DNA of 53,850 bases, counting the filler, from Sphacelaria rigidula (lineage: Eukaryota): the NCBI GenBank assembly GCA_964200075.2. It is 4 parts of 4 records of this genome, joined end to end, with 100 filler letters (N's around TTAATTAATTAA, not from the genome) between each part and the next. Parts side by side here need not be neighbours in the genome. Positions count along the whole stretch, not along the records: positions 13,489 to 26,876 come from CAXNAA020002917.1; positions 26,977 to 40,363 come from CAXNAA020002918.1; 2 more parts are not named here. The stretch is one strand, 5' to 3'. Positions 25,501 to 35,800 of this stretch are shown piece after piece. Numbering within the stretch: the first letter of the stretch is position 1; every line of letters begins with the position of its first letter. The notes beneath the pieces are model-generated. The model did no database searches and was not told the origin of the DNA. It saw nothing but the letters and a program-made list of their open reading frames with translations. Both the position numbers and the translations under genes were made by a program.

Positions 25501-26194
25501 AGAAATACCTCCCCGGAGTGGACCGCCCCCGCGTGCAATCCAAGGAGGCCGGGATGCGTATCGGGTGGGGTTGGTGGGTATAACGTGCATGTACTGATTT
25601 ATACGGTGATCAACCGCACTTCCCACATCACCCCCCCCCTGCATACGGGTCAAAGGGGACACATCAAAGAGAGGGAAAGGAGGGGGCGTGTTCCAGGGTG
25701 ATTCGAGACAAGAGGGTGTTCGATGTCGCTTGAGGTGGTTTCCTGTGAAAGATTTGTTTATATACGGTGCTTGAATGGTCGCGGGTTATGGGTTCAAGCT
25801 AACGGAAACCATGGTTCGCTCCTCGCGGAGAGACTAAACTTATGTGTCGTACGGCGAAACCATTCGGTTGGAGTTCGGCAAAAATCAGAACGTTCGGGCG
25901 CACCTGAAATTTGCGTGTACGGGTACACGAAAATAGTGGATGTTTGCCTAGACAATGTCATTTGAATTTTTTGTACCGTCACCCCCGAACGCTCTGCTTC
26001 AGGTGGACTGTGTCCTAGTGAGCATGTTTCCGTTCAAGGCAGCAGTGGAGGACCAGCTGCAGCGGCTGGCAGACGCCCTTACTCTCTCCCTCAGGAATTC
26101 TGTCCTGTCCAATTTCAAGGCCGTGGATGGATTTTTGGAGGAGTCCATGGAGAAGCTCGGGAGGCGGCCGAGAACTATCGAGGACATCTCCACG
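16482..26194 (+). CDS. DYNC2H1: Cytoplasmic dynein-2 heavy chain (retrograde IFT motor), internal tail-region fragment, 9 exons
   Basis: Spliced peptide LKKVANFYNNM..QVIPEQTPMLLESLLAFEEI..TWSNPVECENY..LENRRLRK..IDLLRQRERWK..WDHQMYKALEAGYQMGLESLNENLPE..LQFKPPLEELRSAYYRE..ENFKAVRAKRKEAEKLP..VDC..DQLQRLADALTLSL is collinear with recalled DYNC2H1 sequence. All phases are consistent; both ends lie off the contig. Confidence 0.95.
17519..17640 (+). CDS. DYNC2H1: DYNC2H1 exon (VIPEQTPMLLESLLAFEEIV...SVTW)
   Basis: CAG acceptor, phase-2 AG|GTGCGT donor; this frame is absent from the ORF track. Confidence 0.92.
18049..18133 (+). CDS. DYNC2H1: DYNC2H1 exon (NPVECENYVERTQRAADTLSLENRRLRK)
   Basis: CAG acceptor, AAG|GTGATG donor. 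Confidence 0.92.
19171..19265 (+). CDS. DYNC2H1: DYNC2H1 exon (IHTSLASLVSGVMSIDLLRQRERWKAHWAHI)
   Basis: CAG acceptor, AG|GTAATA donor. Confidence 0.92.
19860..20084. repeat. ~225-bp interspersed repeat with TAGCCCC...GGGCTA ends
   Basis: Homologous copies at 29743-29966 and 26798-26876 (truncated). Confidence 0.65.
20264..20339 (+). CDS. DYNC2H1: DYNC2H1 exon (EVMDGVRSKYPTSSVEKWVEYWDHQ)
   Basis: Phase-2 CAG acceptor, CAG|GTCAGG donor; W...WDHQ motif. Confidence 0.9.
21035..21238 (+). CDS. DYNC2H1: DYNC2H1 exon (MYKALEAGYQMGLESLNENLPE...GFGSGK)
   Basis: CAG acceptor, AAG|GTGGGT donor; most conserved block. Confidence 0.95.
21981..22073 (+). CDS. DYNC2H1: DYNC2H1 exon (IYRRMAAANSQSLLRVYEKAEIIFQRLANLL)
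   Basis: CAG acceptor, CTG|GTGAGT donor. Confidence 0.92.
22270..22552 (+). mobile_element. SINE family B-related copy with a different tRNA head
   Basis: GCCGCGCCATGGTGGTCAAATTGG (A box), GAGTTCAATTCC (B box), shared 3' body. Confidence 0.6.
24285..24434 (+). CDS. DYNC2H1: DYNC2H1 exon (EEHKAWTILGQVDLDSFV...EKLPETVK); donor uncertain
   Basis: CAG acceptor. The homology-predicted donor reads TTGAGT; the nearest in-phase GT is at 24429. Confidence 0.88.
25075..25440 (-). mobile_element. SINE family A, full-length
   Basis: Reverse complement of 33971-34316 with A/B boxes and a (TG)n tail. Confidence 0.85.
26003..26194 (+). CDS. DYNC2H1: DYNC2H1 exon (VDCVLVSMFPFKAAVEDQLQRL...IEDIST)
   Basis: CAG acceptor, ACG|GTGTGT donor. 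Confidence 0.93.
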
Positions 26195-26713
26195 GTGTGT
26201 TCGCGACCTTCTGATGGAATCGAAGTCAGTGATAGGGACTAGGCTTGAGATTTATTGAGGCGCACGAAGAAATATGGTGTGTTAGAGGAGCAGATTTTTG
26301 CGCTGGGATACTGAGTCATGATGGACCCGCTCCGACGGGCGTGCTTCGCTCCACCTGGGGCTGCGTGATTCACCCTGTTGGTGCACTTGCTCAAATGTGG
26401 CGGAATGGTACGATCACATTGTTTGTTGAACGATCGAATCCGACGGAGGCACAAGCCTACATAAACACCATCGTACATATGAAAGCCATCGTTCTCCATA
26501 CTTCAGTCGTACTTATTGGTTTGATCGATTGATTGTTGCACTTTAAGTGAACCCCCAGGGATCCACAGCCGTGGTCACATGGTGGAAGCACCCAAGACGA
26601 AACGAGACTGAAACACTCGCTCAAGCAAAAGCAGGAACAGAAAGAAGTACAACGGAACAACATCGTAGACTACGATGTAAAACAGTAAGAAAAGAAGAAG
26701 GAAAAAAAAGGAA

Positions 26714-26785
26714 AAGCAAAGCAGAGCAAAGCAGAGCAAAGCAGAGCAAAGCAGAGCAAAGCAGAGCAAAGCAGAGCAGAGCAGA
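26714..26785. repeat. (GCAAAGCAGA)n / (GCARA)n microsatellite
   Basis: Read directly from the sequence. Confidence 0.95.
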
Positions 26786-26876
26786 CACTTTCTACGATAG
26801 CCCCCCCAAAAAGTGCATGGTTTTGGGAGGCAAAATCTTCACGTAAATCGAAATGGGAAACCCCGAGCACAACGAG

Positions 26877-26976
26877 NNNNNNNNNNNNNNNNNNNNNNNN
26901 NNNNNNNNNNNNNNNNNNNNTTAATTAATTAANNNNNNNNNNNNNNNNNNNNNNNNNNNNNNNNNNNNNNNNNNNN
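26877..26976. other. Artificial contig linker
   Basis: Same spacer. Confidence 0.98.
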
Positions 26977-27156
26977 AGGGTCTCGGAGGAGTTTTTGGGG
27001 CACTCCTGGTTAGGCCGGCTTTTTTATTTCCCATCACACGTTTTCTATCAAAATATAATTTGCTAATATTATAGAGCACTGTTTATGTGCCGAGAAAAAA
27101 ATCTTCTCAAAAAATGCCTTTTTCGCTTTTCTCCGTCGTTTTTCGCTCGGAATGAT

Positions 27157-27456
27157 GGCTAGGCGGATGTTGACACCCTCGAATGACGTGCTCTACTCGT
27201 CGAGACCGTTCCAGAGCACCTTTGCGTTTTCCGTCGGTCGCAGTTTAGTTTTTGGCCTAACTTGCATTTTCAATAACAAACGGCCAAGTTTTTCAAAAAC
27301 TAGCTCTTTTCTCCCGGTTTTCTGATGAGTTGGCTGTTATTGAAGACGCAAGTTGGGCCAAAAACAAAATTGCGACCTAAGGGAAACACAAAGGTGCCCT
27401 GGAGCGATCTCCACGAGTAGAGCAAGTCATTCCAAGGTGTTAACATCCGCCTAGCC
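27157..27456. mobile_element. Palindromic MITE core related to 8496-8963
   Basis: GCTAGGCGGATGTTGACACC...GGTGTTAACATCCGCCTAGC arms, homologous to 8580-8882. Confidence 0.65.
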
Positions 27457-27763
27457 CTCTTTAAGGGCGTGTTTTAGCACATTTTTGTTTAACAGAAAGA
27501 GTGCGATAAAAAATATATATATATATCGATTTGATAGGTCCGCCGCATTTCTGTTCCCAGCTGGCTTCAACGTTTTGTATACCCAGTGGCGCGCGGACAA
27601 GAGGTAAAGAACGCAAAGGCTAAGCTTTTCAATCGAAAACATGCTGAGAGATTGGAGCTCAAAAATGGTACCAATTTTAATCGGTCATCATCATTATGAT
27701 GATCATGATGGTAATAGTTATATTCAATTATTTGATAATGGTTTCGAACCATGATTTACCGTT

Positions 27764-28103
27764 GTGTGTGTGTGTGTGTGTGTGTTGTCGTCCCGCCTAT
27801 TCTGGACGCCGGTCTACCCCTTCAAGTATATGTGGGCGCACCAACCGGGGTCAAGCAGGAGAAAGGTCAACACTGGAGCTTTCTCTTTTCTATTTGTTTT
27901 TAGTACCCCACCTTCCTTCTGCGGTGCTTGCCTTTATTTTTCATCGCGAGAGGGGTTCAACAGTCCCTTTCCCTCGTCGAGTGTTGAGTCGAATAATGTG
28001 TACCGACGACATCGTCGCTCACCACTGGTAGAAATGGTGTGAGAATAAATCCCACATCGCTCCGAGAAATGAACCCACCACTCAACCGCGCACCGGGGCG
28101 ACC
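27764..28103 (-). mobile_element. SINE family A, head partly deleted
   Basis: Same body and (TG)n tail. Confidence 0.8.
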
Positions 28104-28947
28104 CTGCGACCGTTACCGGCTTTATATGTCGTTACCGGCCACGTATGCTACAATCCTTGAATATCGGCCCAATTTTCACGTATTTTTTAGCTCCCGTGAA
28201 ATCAAACCGCGTAAAATGATGCCTCCGGCACGGCGCCTCCAGCGGGGCCTTCCGGCGCGGGAGGCTTTTTCGCTCGCGGCTGCGCCGCTCGATGACCAAA
28301 CCATCAACCATTATGTACCATTCAACTGGTTGATGGGTGGAGAAACCATTCCCGAGCTCTAAGAGAGGTACGAATGGGGTCACTTGACTCCTATCTTGCA
28401 GACCACAACGCCGGATACCACCTATTCACAGAACCATGCGAATCCACGCAACCCATTATCAGCTGCCACCGCAACCCTACAGCAAAGAGCATGAGTTGAG
28501 CACAGAGATGAACACACTGCAGTAGTTGGTTATGATGTGTTTTTTTTCTGTTGTAGGCGAAAACTTGAGCATCTTCTCCCATCATGGATCGGCGACAGAA
28601 CCACGTGGTAGGGTGGACGACCGACTTGCGTATACGCTCATGGACGGAGCAGGCAGTACACAGCCGCACGTTGTCCGAGTCATCTTCACGTCGCATTTTA
28701 AGCAGAAAGTATATAGTCCCGCGCTGTGTGTACTGCCCGCTGCCCGCTTCTCTTTCGCGGTCACTGGGATGAGCGGTCGCATGCGAAAAAACTATTGAAA
28801 ATCGCCGACTACGACCAAAATTCCAAAAATCTCCATTTCAGCTAAAAACCACTATACTGCAAGCGCTCGCTCAGCGTGCACAACACATTTTTCGGGTCAT
28901 CTCGACACTCTACGCAGTGCCAACGCAGAGAGAATATGGAGCAGATG

Positions 28948-29035
28948 CCTAGTATACCCCACCTTTCTTCTGCGGTGCTTGCCTTTATTTTTTTATCGCA
29001 AGAGGGGTTCAGCAGTCCCTTCCCCTCGTCAAGTG
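28948..29035 (-). mobile_element. SINE family A, internal fragment
   Basis: TACCCCACCTTTCTTCTGCGGTGCTTGCC...CCCTCGTC. Confidence 0.65.
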
Positions 29036-31397
29036 TTAGAAAACAGGATATACCAGGCATCTGCTCTATATTACGAAAGAAGAATCATCTCTGCGCTCAA
29101 TATTAAACGACTTACGGGCTGAATTGGAAGGGGATGCTATCGGCCGTTTTCGGTCCAAAGTGCACTTAATTTCGGCTCTAAGGCAACGAACAGGTAGAAA
29201 TAGAAAACAAGAATCTGCAAAATTATTCAGGAGAGCGATCGGGATGTTTCACCCCTTCCCCCCCCCTCCTTTGCTGTGCAGAGCTTGGTTGGGCAATTTT
29301 GGTTCGTGAGTACTTTCCTGAATTTTCTCGTATAGCATCCTTCCTTTGCACTCGAAAGTCCTACCATCGATAGTTAATCGGAAACGAAGCAAGTCGTGCT
29401 CAGGACACAATCCTCAATTGGTGTTGTTGTCGGGTTGGTACGGAGTAATGACCTCGTTCATCAGGGGGTGTTATCGAACGTCAATGAGGTTCTGAACGAT
29501 CGTGGGTGTACGCTGGGAGAAGACTACTGCGCGTGAGGGTGTGCTGTGTTGTGGAACTGCGTGTTTTGTGGTTGTAGCGGTCGGTCTGTAGTAACGTCCG
29601 TTGTACTCGCGTGCACCTTGTCCAAGAGACGAGGAATTGACCAACCATCCGTGTCTTTTCAGGACTTCCTACGGGGTACGCAATTCTGGTAGTTCCGCAA
29701 AGTTGGGCGAAAGCACAGGATAATGCAAGAGTGATTCCCCGGTAGTCCTCCCCAGAAAAATGGTTGGTTGTTCGAGGAGGCAAAATCTACATGTAAACCG
29801 AAATGACAAAAGCTAAGCACGCCGAGCAGCCGGGAACTGCCACGCCTGGTATCGTTCTTGCCAATGTCGCCCATATGAGGCGTTTCCTGCAATCTGAAAG
29901 CAGCTGTAAGGCCATTTTCTTCGTGACAGTTTTGGGGGCTGGTTTGCGGGGGGGGGGGGGGGGCTATATCGGCATCACTCCAAGGTGGAAATATGTCAAC
30001 CTTAGGTTCAATGATAAACGCCAGATCGACATCGTCATCGGACTTTTTACAGCGTGTCCAGTACGAATGGGATTAGCCGCGAACAAGATGACGGTTTCCT
30101 CGGCAACATTTGAGAGGTGAACGCCCGCAGCCCGTCCAGGGGAGCGACTTGTGTATACCTGCATCTTACAGACGTGCGTGAAGTTTAAGATCGTGGGACT
30201 TTGACTATTGGTTTCTTTTGGGGGGGGGGGCGTTGTGGATTCGCGTTCCTCTTTTTTTAACGGAATTTTGTGAGATAAGTCGTGGTTACTACACAGTGTC
30301 GATATTGCTGGGTTTTTTTCAATGATACGAACTGTTTTTGTTTGTTTTGTTTTGTTTTGTTTTTACAGCAGCTGTATCGTCAGGATACGGCGTTGCGCTA
30401 CGCTCCTCTCCGTCCGCAGGTGCTGCGAACGGCAGCACCAGATCCCTCACTTTTGCTTGATATGCTGCACGAAGCGTGTGGCCACCAGCTGAGCTCGACA
30501 AACATACTACTATACCCCTTGCCCCTATCATATAGTTGAGCTACTGCACAGCAACGCTGCCGCCGGGAGAACGCACCATGTAAACCTGTGGTACTGACTG
30601 CTTTTTTTACTATTTTGCAGCTGCTTGACTAGTCCCTGTTGGGGTTGCGAATCGCTAACGAAACATATGGAGAATTCTCCTCCACAAGTGTCCCGGCTCT
30701 CCCTGATGGACAAATTGAGCCAGTCAGTCAGAAACAAAGAATCCGGCCGGTCAGTTCCAAGAGAACCCCGGAAGACTTTCTGTGTACATCACACAATTGT
30801 GGTGCGGTATTTCTGTAACCAACCACCTACTGTACCAAGATCTACCAAGAACCCCTCCGATCAGCGTGAAACAACACGGGGATTCACACGTCAACACGAG
30901 GCGTATGTCTGGACGTCTGACAGTCTCCACACATGTTCTGGTGGCAATTTCATACCAACATCATCAATACACTTCAGCTCACATGTACCGTTTAGATCCG
31001 ATGTTAACAGCCGTATTTCGTGACAAGAGAAGATAACAGCACTTAGGCCACCCTGTCGCACGAAGCTAGAGATGCAACAAGGTCAAACGTAGATGGTTTT
31101 CGCATGCAGCACGGGGAATGGATTCGGTGGTCCTTTCAGTGCAGTTGACATGCGTCTTTCTGAGGCTCATCGTCCGCTGTCCTCACCGGGGGTCACGTCT
31201 AGATTAAAGACTAGAAACACCAGGGCGTCATACATGGGGTTCAATTTGTGCTCGTTCTCGGAAAATAGTTGAGGTCCCGAACAAATAGGAGGAGTGCGAA
31301 AGAGTTTTGGACACCCTTCGCTACTCCCTGAGCGATCACCATGCCACGCTGAGGTCCGAACAAACACGAGGCGTGTTTGTATCAACAGCAAAAGATG

Positions 31398-31514
31398 TTT
31401 CACTCGTTGGGAACCCGTTGACGATTTTTATTTTTGTGGATCGGCATCATTTTGACTTGAAAATGATGCGGATCCACAAATACAAGGGTCGTCAATGGGT
31501 TCCAAAAGGGTTAA
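31398..31514. mobile_element. Palindromic mini-element ending AAGGG|TTAA (piggyBac-like)
   Basis: GGAACCCGTTGACGA...TCGTCAATGGGTTCC; homologous copy at 23235-23360. Confidence 0.55.
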
Positions 31515-32781
31515 AACAAACACCCTTCGCTGCTCCCTGAGCGATCACCACGCCGGCGCGTAGTTTAGCCTTCCGGGCTCACCAGTCGGGTAGGTCAACC
31601 CATCATGCTGACCGTTCCGCGTACTACGCCGCGTTCCATGACAGTTGGTCACCGGGACTTACTGTGACATCATCGTGTGACATCGTGTTTTTTTAAGTGG
31701 AGGATACTCGCCGTGACCTGACCGACAGCATGAAAGGTCCGCCAAAATATTGCCAAAAATTCGGACTCTGCTATGTGGTTGCCATATCAGCTCGATGTCG
31801 CCGTGACCGCGAGTCATGGAGACATCGAGCTGGTGTGCGACAACATCACAAGGAGAAAAAACACTCCACCACATGCCGTGAAAACGGGCTAGACAAAGAT
31901 GAGGTCAAGTGAGGAGTTTCTCCTTGCGTGGTGGCGTCACTCGTGCGCCTGCTGAAGTTGTCTGCAGGGTGCAGTCAAGATTCTTTCGGGTACCGTCAAT
32001 GATGATGCGGCCCCAAAACATCTCAACTGGCCGTATTCCCCCACCCCGTAGTCACAGGTAGCACTGATAACTCGTCCGAGCATGTGCTTGTTTGATAAAA
32101 CCGGAGGCCGAAGTTATTTTTCAGAGGGTGTGCAACACATGATACGTTTATCCGAGGATTTCCGGCGCGTTGGTGATCTCGTAGTGGGTGTGTCGTGGGT
32201 TTTATGTTTTGTCACCCGCTACCGTCCACACATATATGTACCTGTGCTGTTGAATAGGTTTAGTCGTCGTGGCCGTCGTCTGTGTTTTTGTAAATGCTCA
32301 AGAGGATTCTGCTGGACTGCTTCAATTGTTCATATGTCGAGTGTGGAGGTCGCTCAAGTGTATGTGCGGAGTTGTTACTTTGACATGTCAACCGGACACG
32401 AGGCCGTTTCAGGAGCAGGTCCAACCATGGACTATTCGACAGGCCCGAAACTCTCATGTCTGCACAGCCGAATCTCGGGAGCCGTAGGTAACAGGTCTCA
32501 ACGATGGAAGTTCTTGTCATAACAGGGGCCATTGTCGAGCCCTGGGAAGTCACAACTCTTATTCTGTACCCGGTACAGGTGGACTCGCAGACCGTACCAC
32601 CCAGACTACGGCCAATCCTTGCCTAAATACCAAGGAAGAGAATACGTCTCACTTTGTGGGTCAACACCGTTCCACACATCCAAAATAATAACACCACTAG
32701 TTCAGTCAACATTTGACACACGCCTAGAGTCTCCAGTTACATGACCCACCTGCATTATTCTGTTTTTTTTTTTTTTCACAG

Positions 32782-32888
32782 GTGTACCCAGCAGACAGCC
32801 TTGATGAGGGCGATCGGCAACGTATTCGCATGTTGGCGATGCCTGACTGCAATACGACGCAGATAGGAGATTGCTTCTACTGCTTCAG
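32782..32888 (+). CDS. DENND6: DENND6-like exon (VYPADSLDEGDRQRIRMLAMPDCNTTQIGDCFYCF)
   Basis: Poly-T-CACAG acceptor, AG|GTAGGT donor; absent from the ORF track. Confidence 0.9.
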
Positions 32889-35800
32889 GTAGGTAGTCTT
32901 CAGATCGGTTTTCAAAGCTCAATTCTACCTGTAACGAAACAGAACATCAAAATCTCGAAAAAATTGAAGGGTCGGACGCATAACGATTCGTACGCTACGA
33001 ATCCTTGAGCTTCTGTTTTCACCGTTGCACCCCAGGTATGCGCGGACGTGCAGAAATTTTGCGTAGAGATTTTTTTTCTTTTTCGATAAATCAAGTCTCA
33101 GAAATCGTAGATGTGGGTATTCGGACCAGCGATGGTTCGTGCTACCCTTGAGCAAGATTTCATAACCTGCACAACCTTCGACGGGATTCAAGTGACGAGA
33201 TCTCAGTACTGTTACGGGATTCAAGTACATATGGTAAAGCATTTCAAATTAGCGATGATTCGTCCGACCCTTCGAATAAGATTTCATAACTTGCACAACC
33301 TTCGACGGGATTCAAGTGACGGGATCTCTGCACAAAAACGGGGTTCAAGTACATACGGTAAAGTATATCGTTTCAACACTGGTTCTACTTTGCGTGCTGT
33401 TTGACTAACTTCACGCGCCTTTTTTCGTGTCGGTCTGTCTTCCTCTATGTTGGCCAAATTAATCGCAGGACGCGCAAGTCTCATCGAACGCCTCTGCTGA
33501 GCTCGTCGTTACTGGAGCAAACCTTCGAGTACTGCTACGCGTTCTTTCGTCAGGAGAAGAACAAGGTGCGCACGCACAGTGAAGAGGGCACCGTTCCTGA
33601 ATTTCCTCGGGTTCCTCAATCTAGGTCCTCTAGTTGCGCACCATTTCCCAAGATTCCTCATAACTGAAGCAACCCTGTTTTTTTCTCCTTCTCTATCTTC
33701 TCCCAACCAACTGCAGTGGTGATCACTGTCGATATGTTGAGTGAATCATGTGGAGTTCACACGTACACCCCGGGACCTACTTACCTGCATGGTTCCGACA
33801 CTGACAAATAAGGCAAGGGTGTAGTAGTGTAGCAATCTGCTGTCAACGTACGAGGGTACCACTATTCGTCAGTTCTATCCTTTGTACGCACGTCATCCTG
33901 TGTTGCAACACACACACAGGGCTATATGTCCGATATTTTTTTGCGTCATATTTTCCAACCGCATCTCTGTCGGTCGCCCCGGTGGCTCAGTTGGTAACCT
34001 CGAAACCCTCTTACGGTTGGGTCGTGGGTTCAATTCTCGGAGCGATCTGGGATTTTTTCTCACACCATGCCCAACAGTGCAGAACGACTATGTCGTTGGT
34101 ATACAAAATTCGATTTACCGGTCGACGAGGGAAAGAGACCGCTGAAGCCCTCTCGCGATAAAAAATAAAGGCAAGCACCCCAGAAGGAAGGTGGGGTACT
34201 AAAAACAAACAAGAAAATAAAAAAAGGTCCTGTGTGACCCCGGCTGGTACGCCCACATATACCGAAAGGTGTAGACCGACGTCCAGAATAGATGGGACGA
34301 CAACACACACAACACATCTCTACTTTTTATTGACGAGGGTTTTGCGAGAGGTACCATGCATGCCCCCCCCCCCCCCCCCCCCCCTTTCTGTCTACTCTCC
34401 GCGCACTTGCATTGGTTTCACGGAAGCACGTGCGCTGTGCCTGCTCACCTACCTGTGCTTCTGTGCTGTTGCTGCGTCTGACAGGAATGCGCGCGTGGCA
34501 TGTTCCAGAAGTCCGTGGTATTGGTGAGCCGGTACCCCTACGTCAATCTCTTCGAACGTCTGGTTAAGGTGCGATGTGTGGTCTCGTCTACCGAATGAAA
34601 GATGGATGCTGCACCCCCGACCACGTGACGTAATCGTCGTTCGTTTCTAGCGTTTCTCGTTGTCGTTGTGTCGTGCTTTCAAACTTCTCCCAGGCCTTTC
34701 TTTCCTTCTCGAGGCGAATTTCACGTCGCCCATTATTATCGACAGTAATTTATTCGATCTTCACACTCTGGACAAGAGATTCTATTGTCAAAAGTGTACT
34801 GCGTACGATATGGAATCCAGCGTCTGTTTCAATAGGCGCAATAGTCGATACTGTACGCAATACATTTCTTGGTGTATTCTGATTGTCCAGGGTGTGGAGA
34901 TCCCCCAAAATTTCGGACATTGGTCACTCTCGAAAGCTCGTGAGCAGCCCCACAGCGTACACATAAGGCAGCTCTCCGAAGTTCTGCGGTGCGGCCTTTA
35001 ATTTTGAGGTTTGTCCAACAAGGAAGGTTCGGAGGGGGGCGTACTCATTTGTTGCTTGCCTTGGTCGTGTGACCATTGACCACGCATCCCTTTCGAGACG
35101 GAGCAGGGGGGGGGAAATCAAGTTAAATCATTGTCGGAGAAGTCCGAACGCAGAGTTCGACGTGTACGAAAAATCCGGACGTCTCCGACAAACGGTGTCG
35201 ATAATAATTGGCCTTATTTCGGACTTCGATACATTCCTTCATCTGTTATTTGAAAATGGTGTGTGTTTGTGTGTGTATGTGCGTGTGCGTGTGCGTGTGC
35301 CTTATCTGGAAGCTTCTGGCGACGGCTGTCGTACCGCCCACATACGAGGTCTTGGGATCCTGTAGCTGCTGAAGTATCAATTCATAAGACGCCTACTGGA
35401 AGCACGCCATAATATGAAAACTGCTTCCGCTGGGGTCGTAGAATCTGCACACCCTGAACAACAGAAAACCATGTAGAAAAGTGTAGTGCGTACAGTACCG
35501 AACTATTGCGTTCATTACAAAAGACAGTAGACTCCATACTGTATTCAGTACATTTTTTGACAATATATTCGATGTCCAGGGTGTATGCAAGAGTCTTACG
35601 TTTTGACTTGAGGTTTGCGGCCGAAGAAGGTGATGTTCGGATCTTTCTGGAGAAGGTCGCTGTTTTAATCCTTGCTGCCGAAGGATCTCCAACGACGAGG
35701 CGTATTCTCTCTTGAAATTTTGGACAAAAAGTCTACATGTCGGACAGGTCATGAGCTAGCTGCCTGAAATAACTAATCGAAGATATTTAACAGATCTATC

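Noticed and set aside
30369..32420. Candidate first exons of DENND6 (30369-30419; MENSPPQ... from 30667; FDMSTGH near 32380)
   Set aside because: None gives a phase-consistent join with the expected FDLxxGQ motif; the true 5' exon is unresolved or off the contig.
33778..33860. U1 snRNA (TACTTACCTG)
   Set aside because: Only the 5' decamer matches; no U1 stem-loops or Sm site follow.
33972..34045. tRNA gene (also 40296-40363, 13600-13670, 22270-22345)
   Set aside because: A/B boxes are present, but there is no proper cloverleaf. Each continues into a shared repeat body or matches a SINE head.
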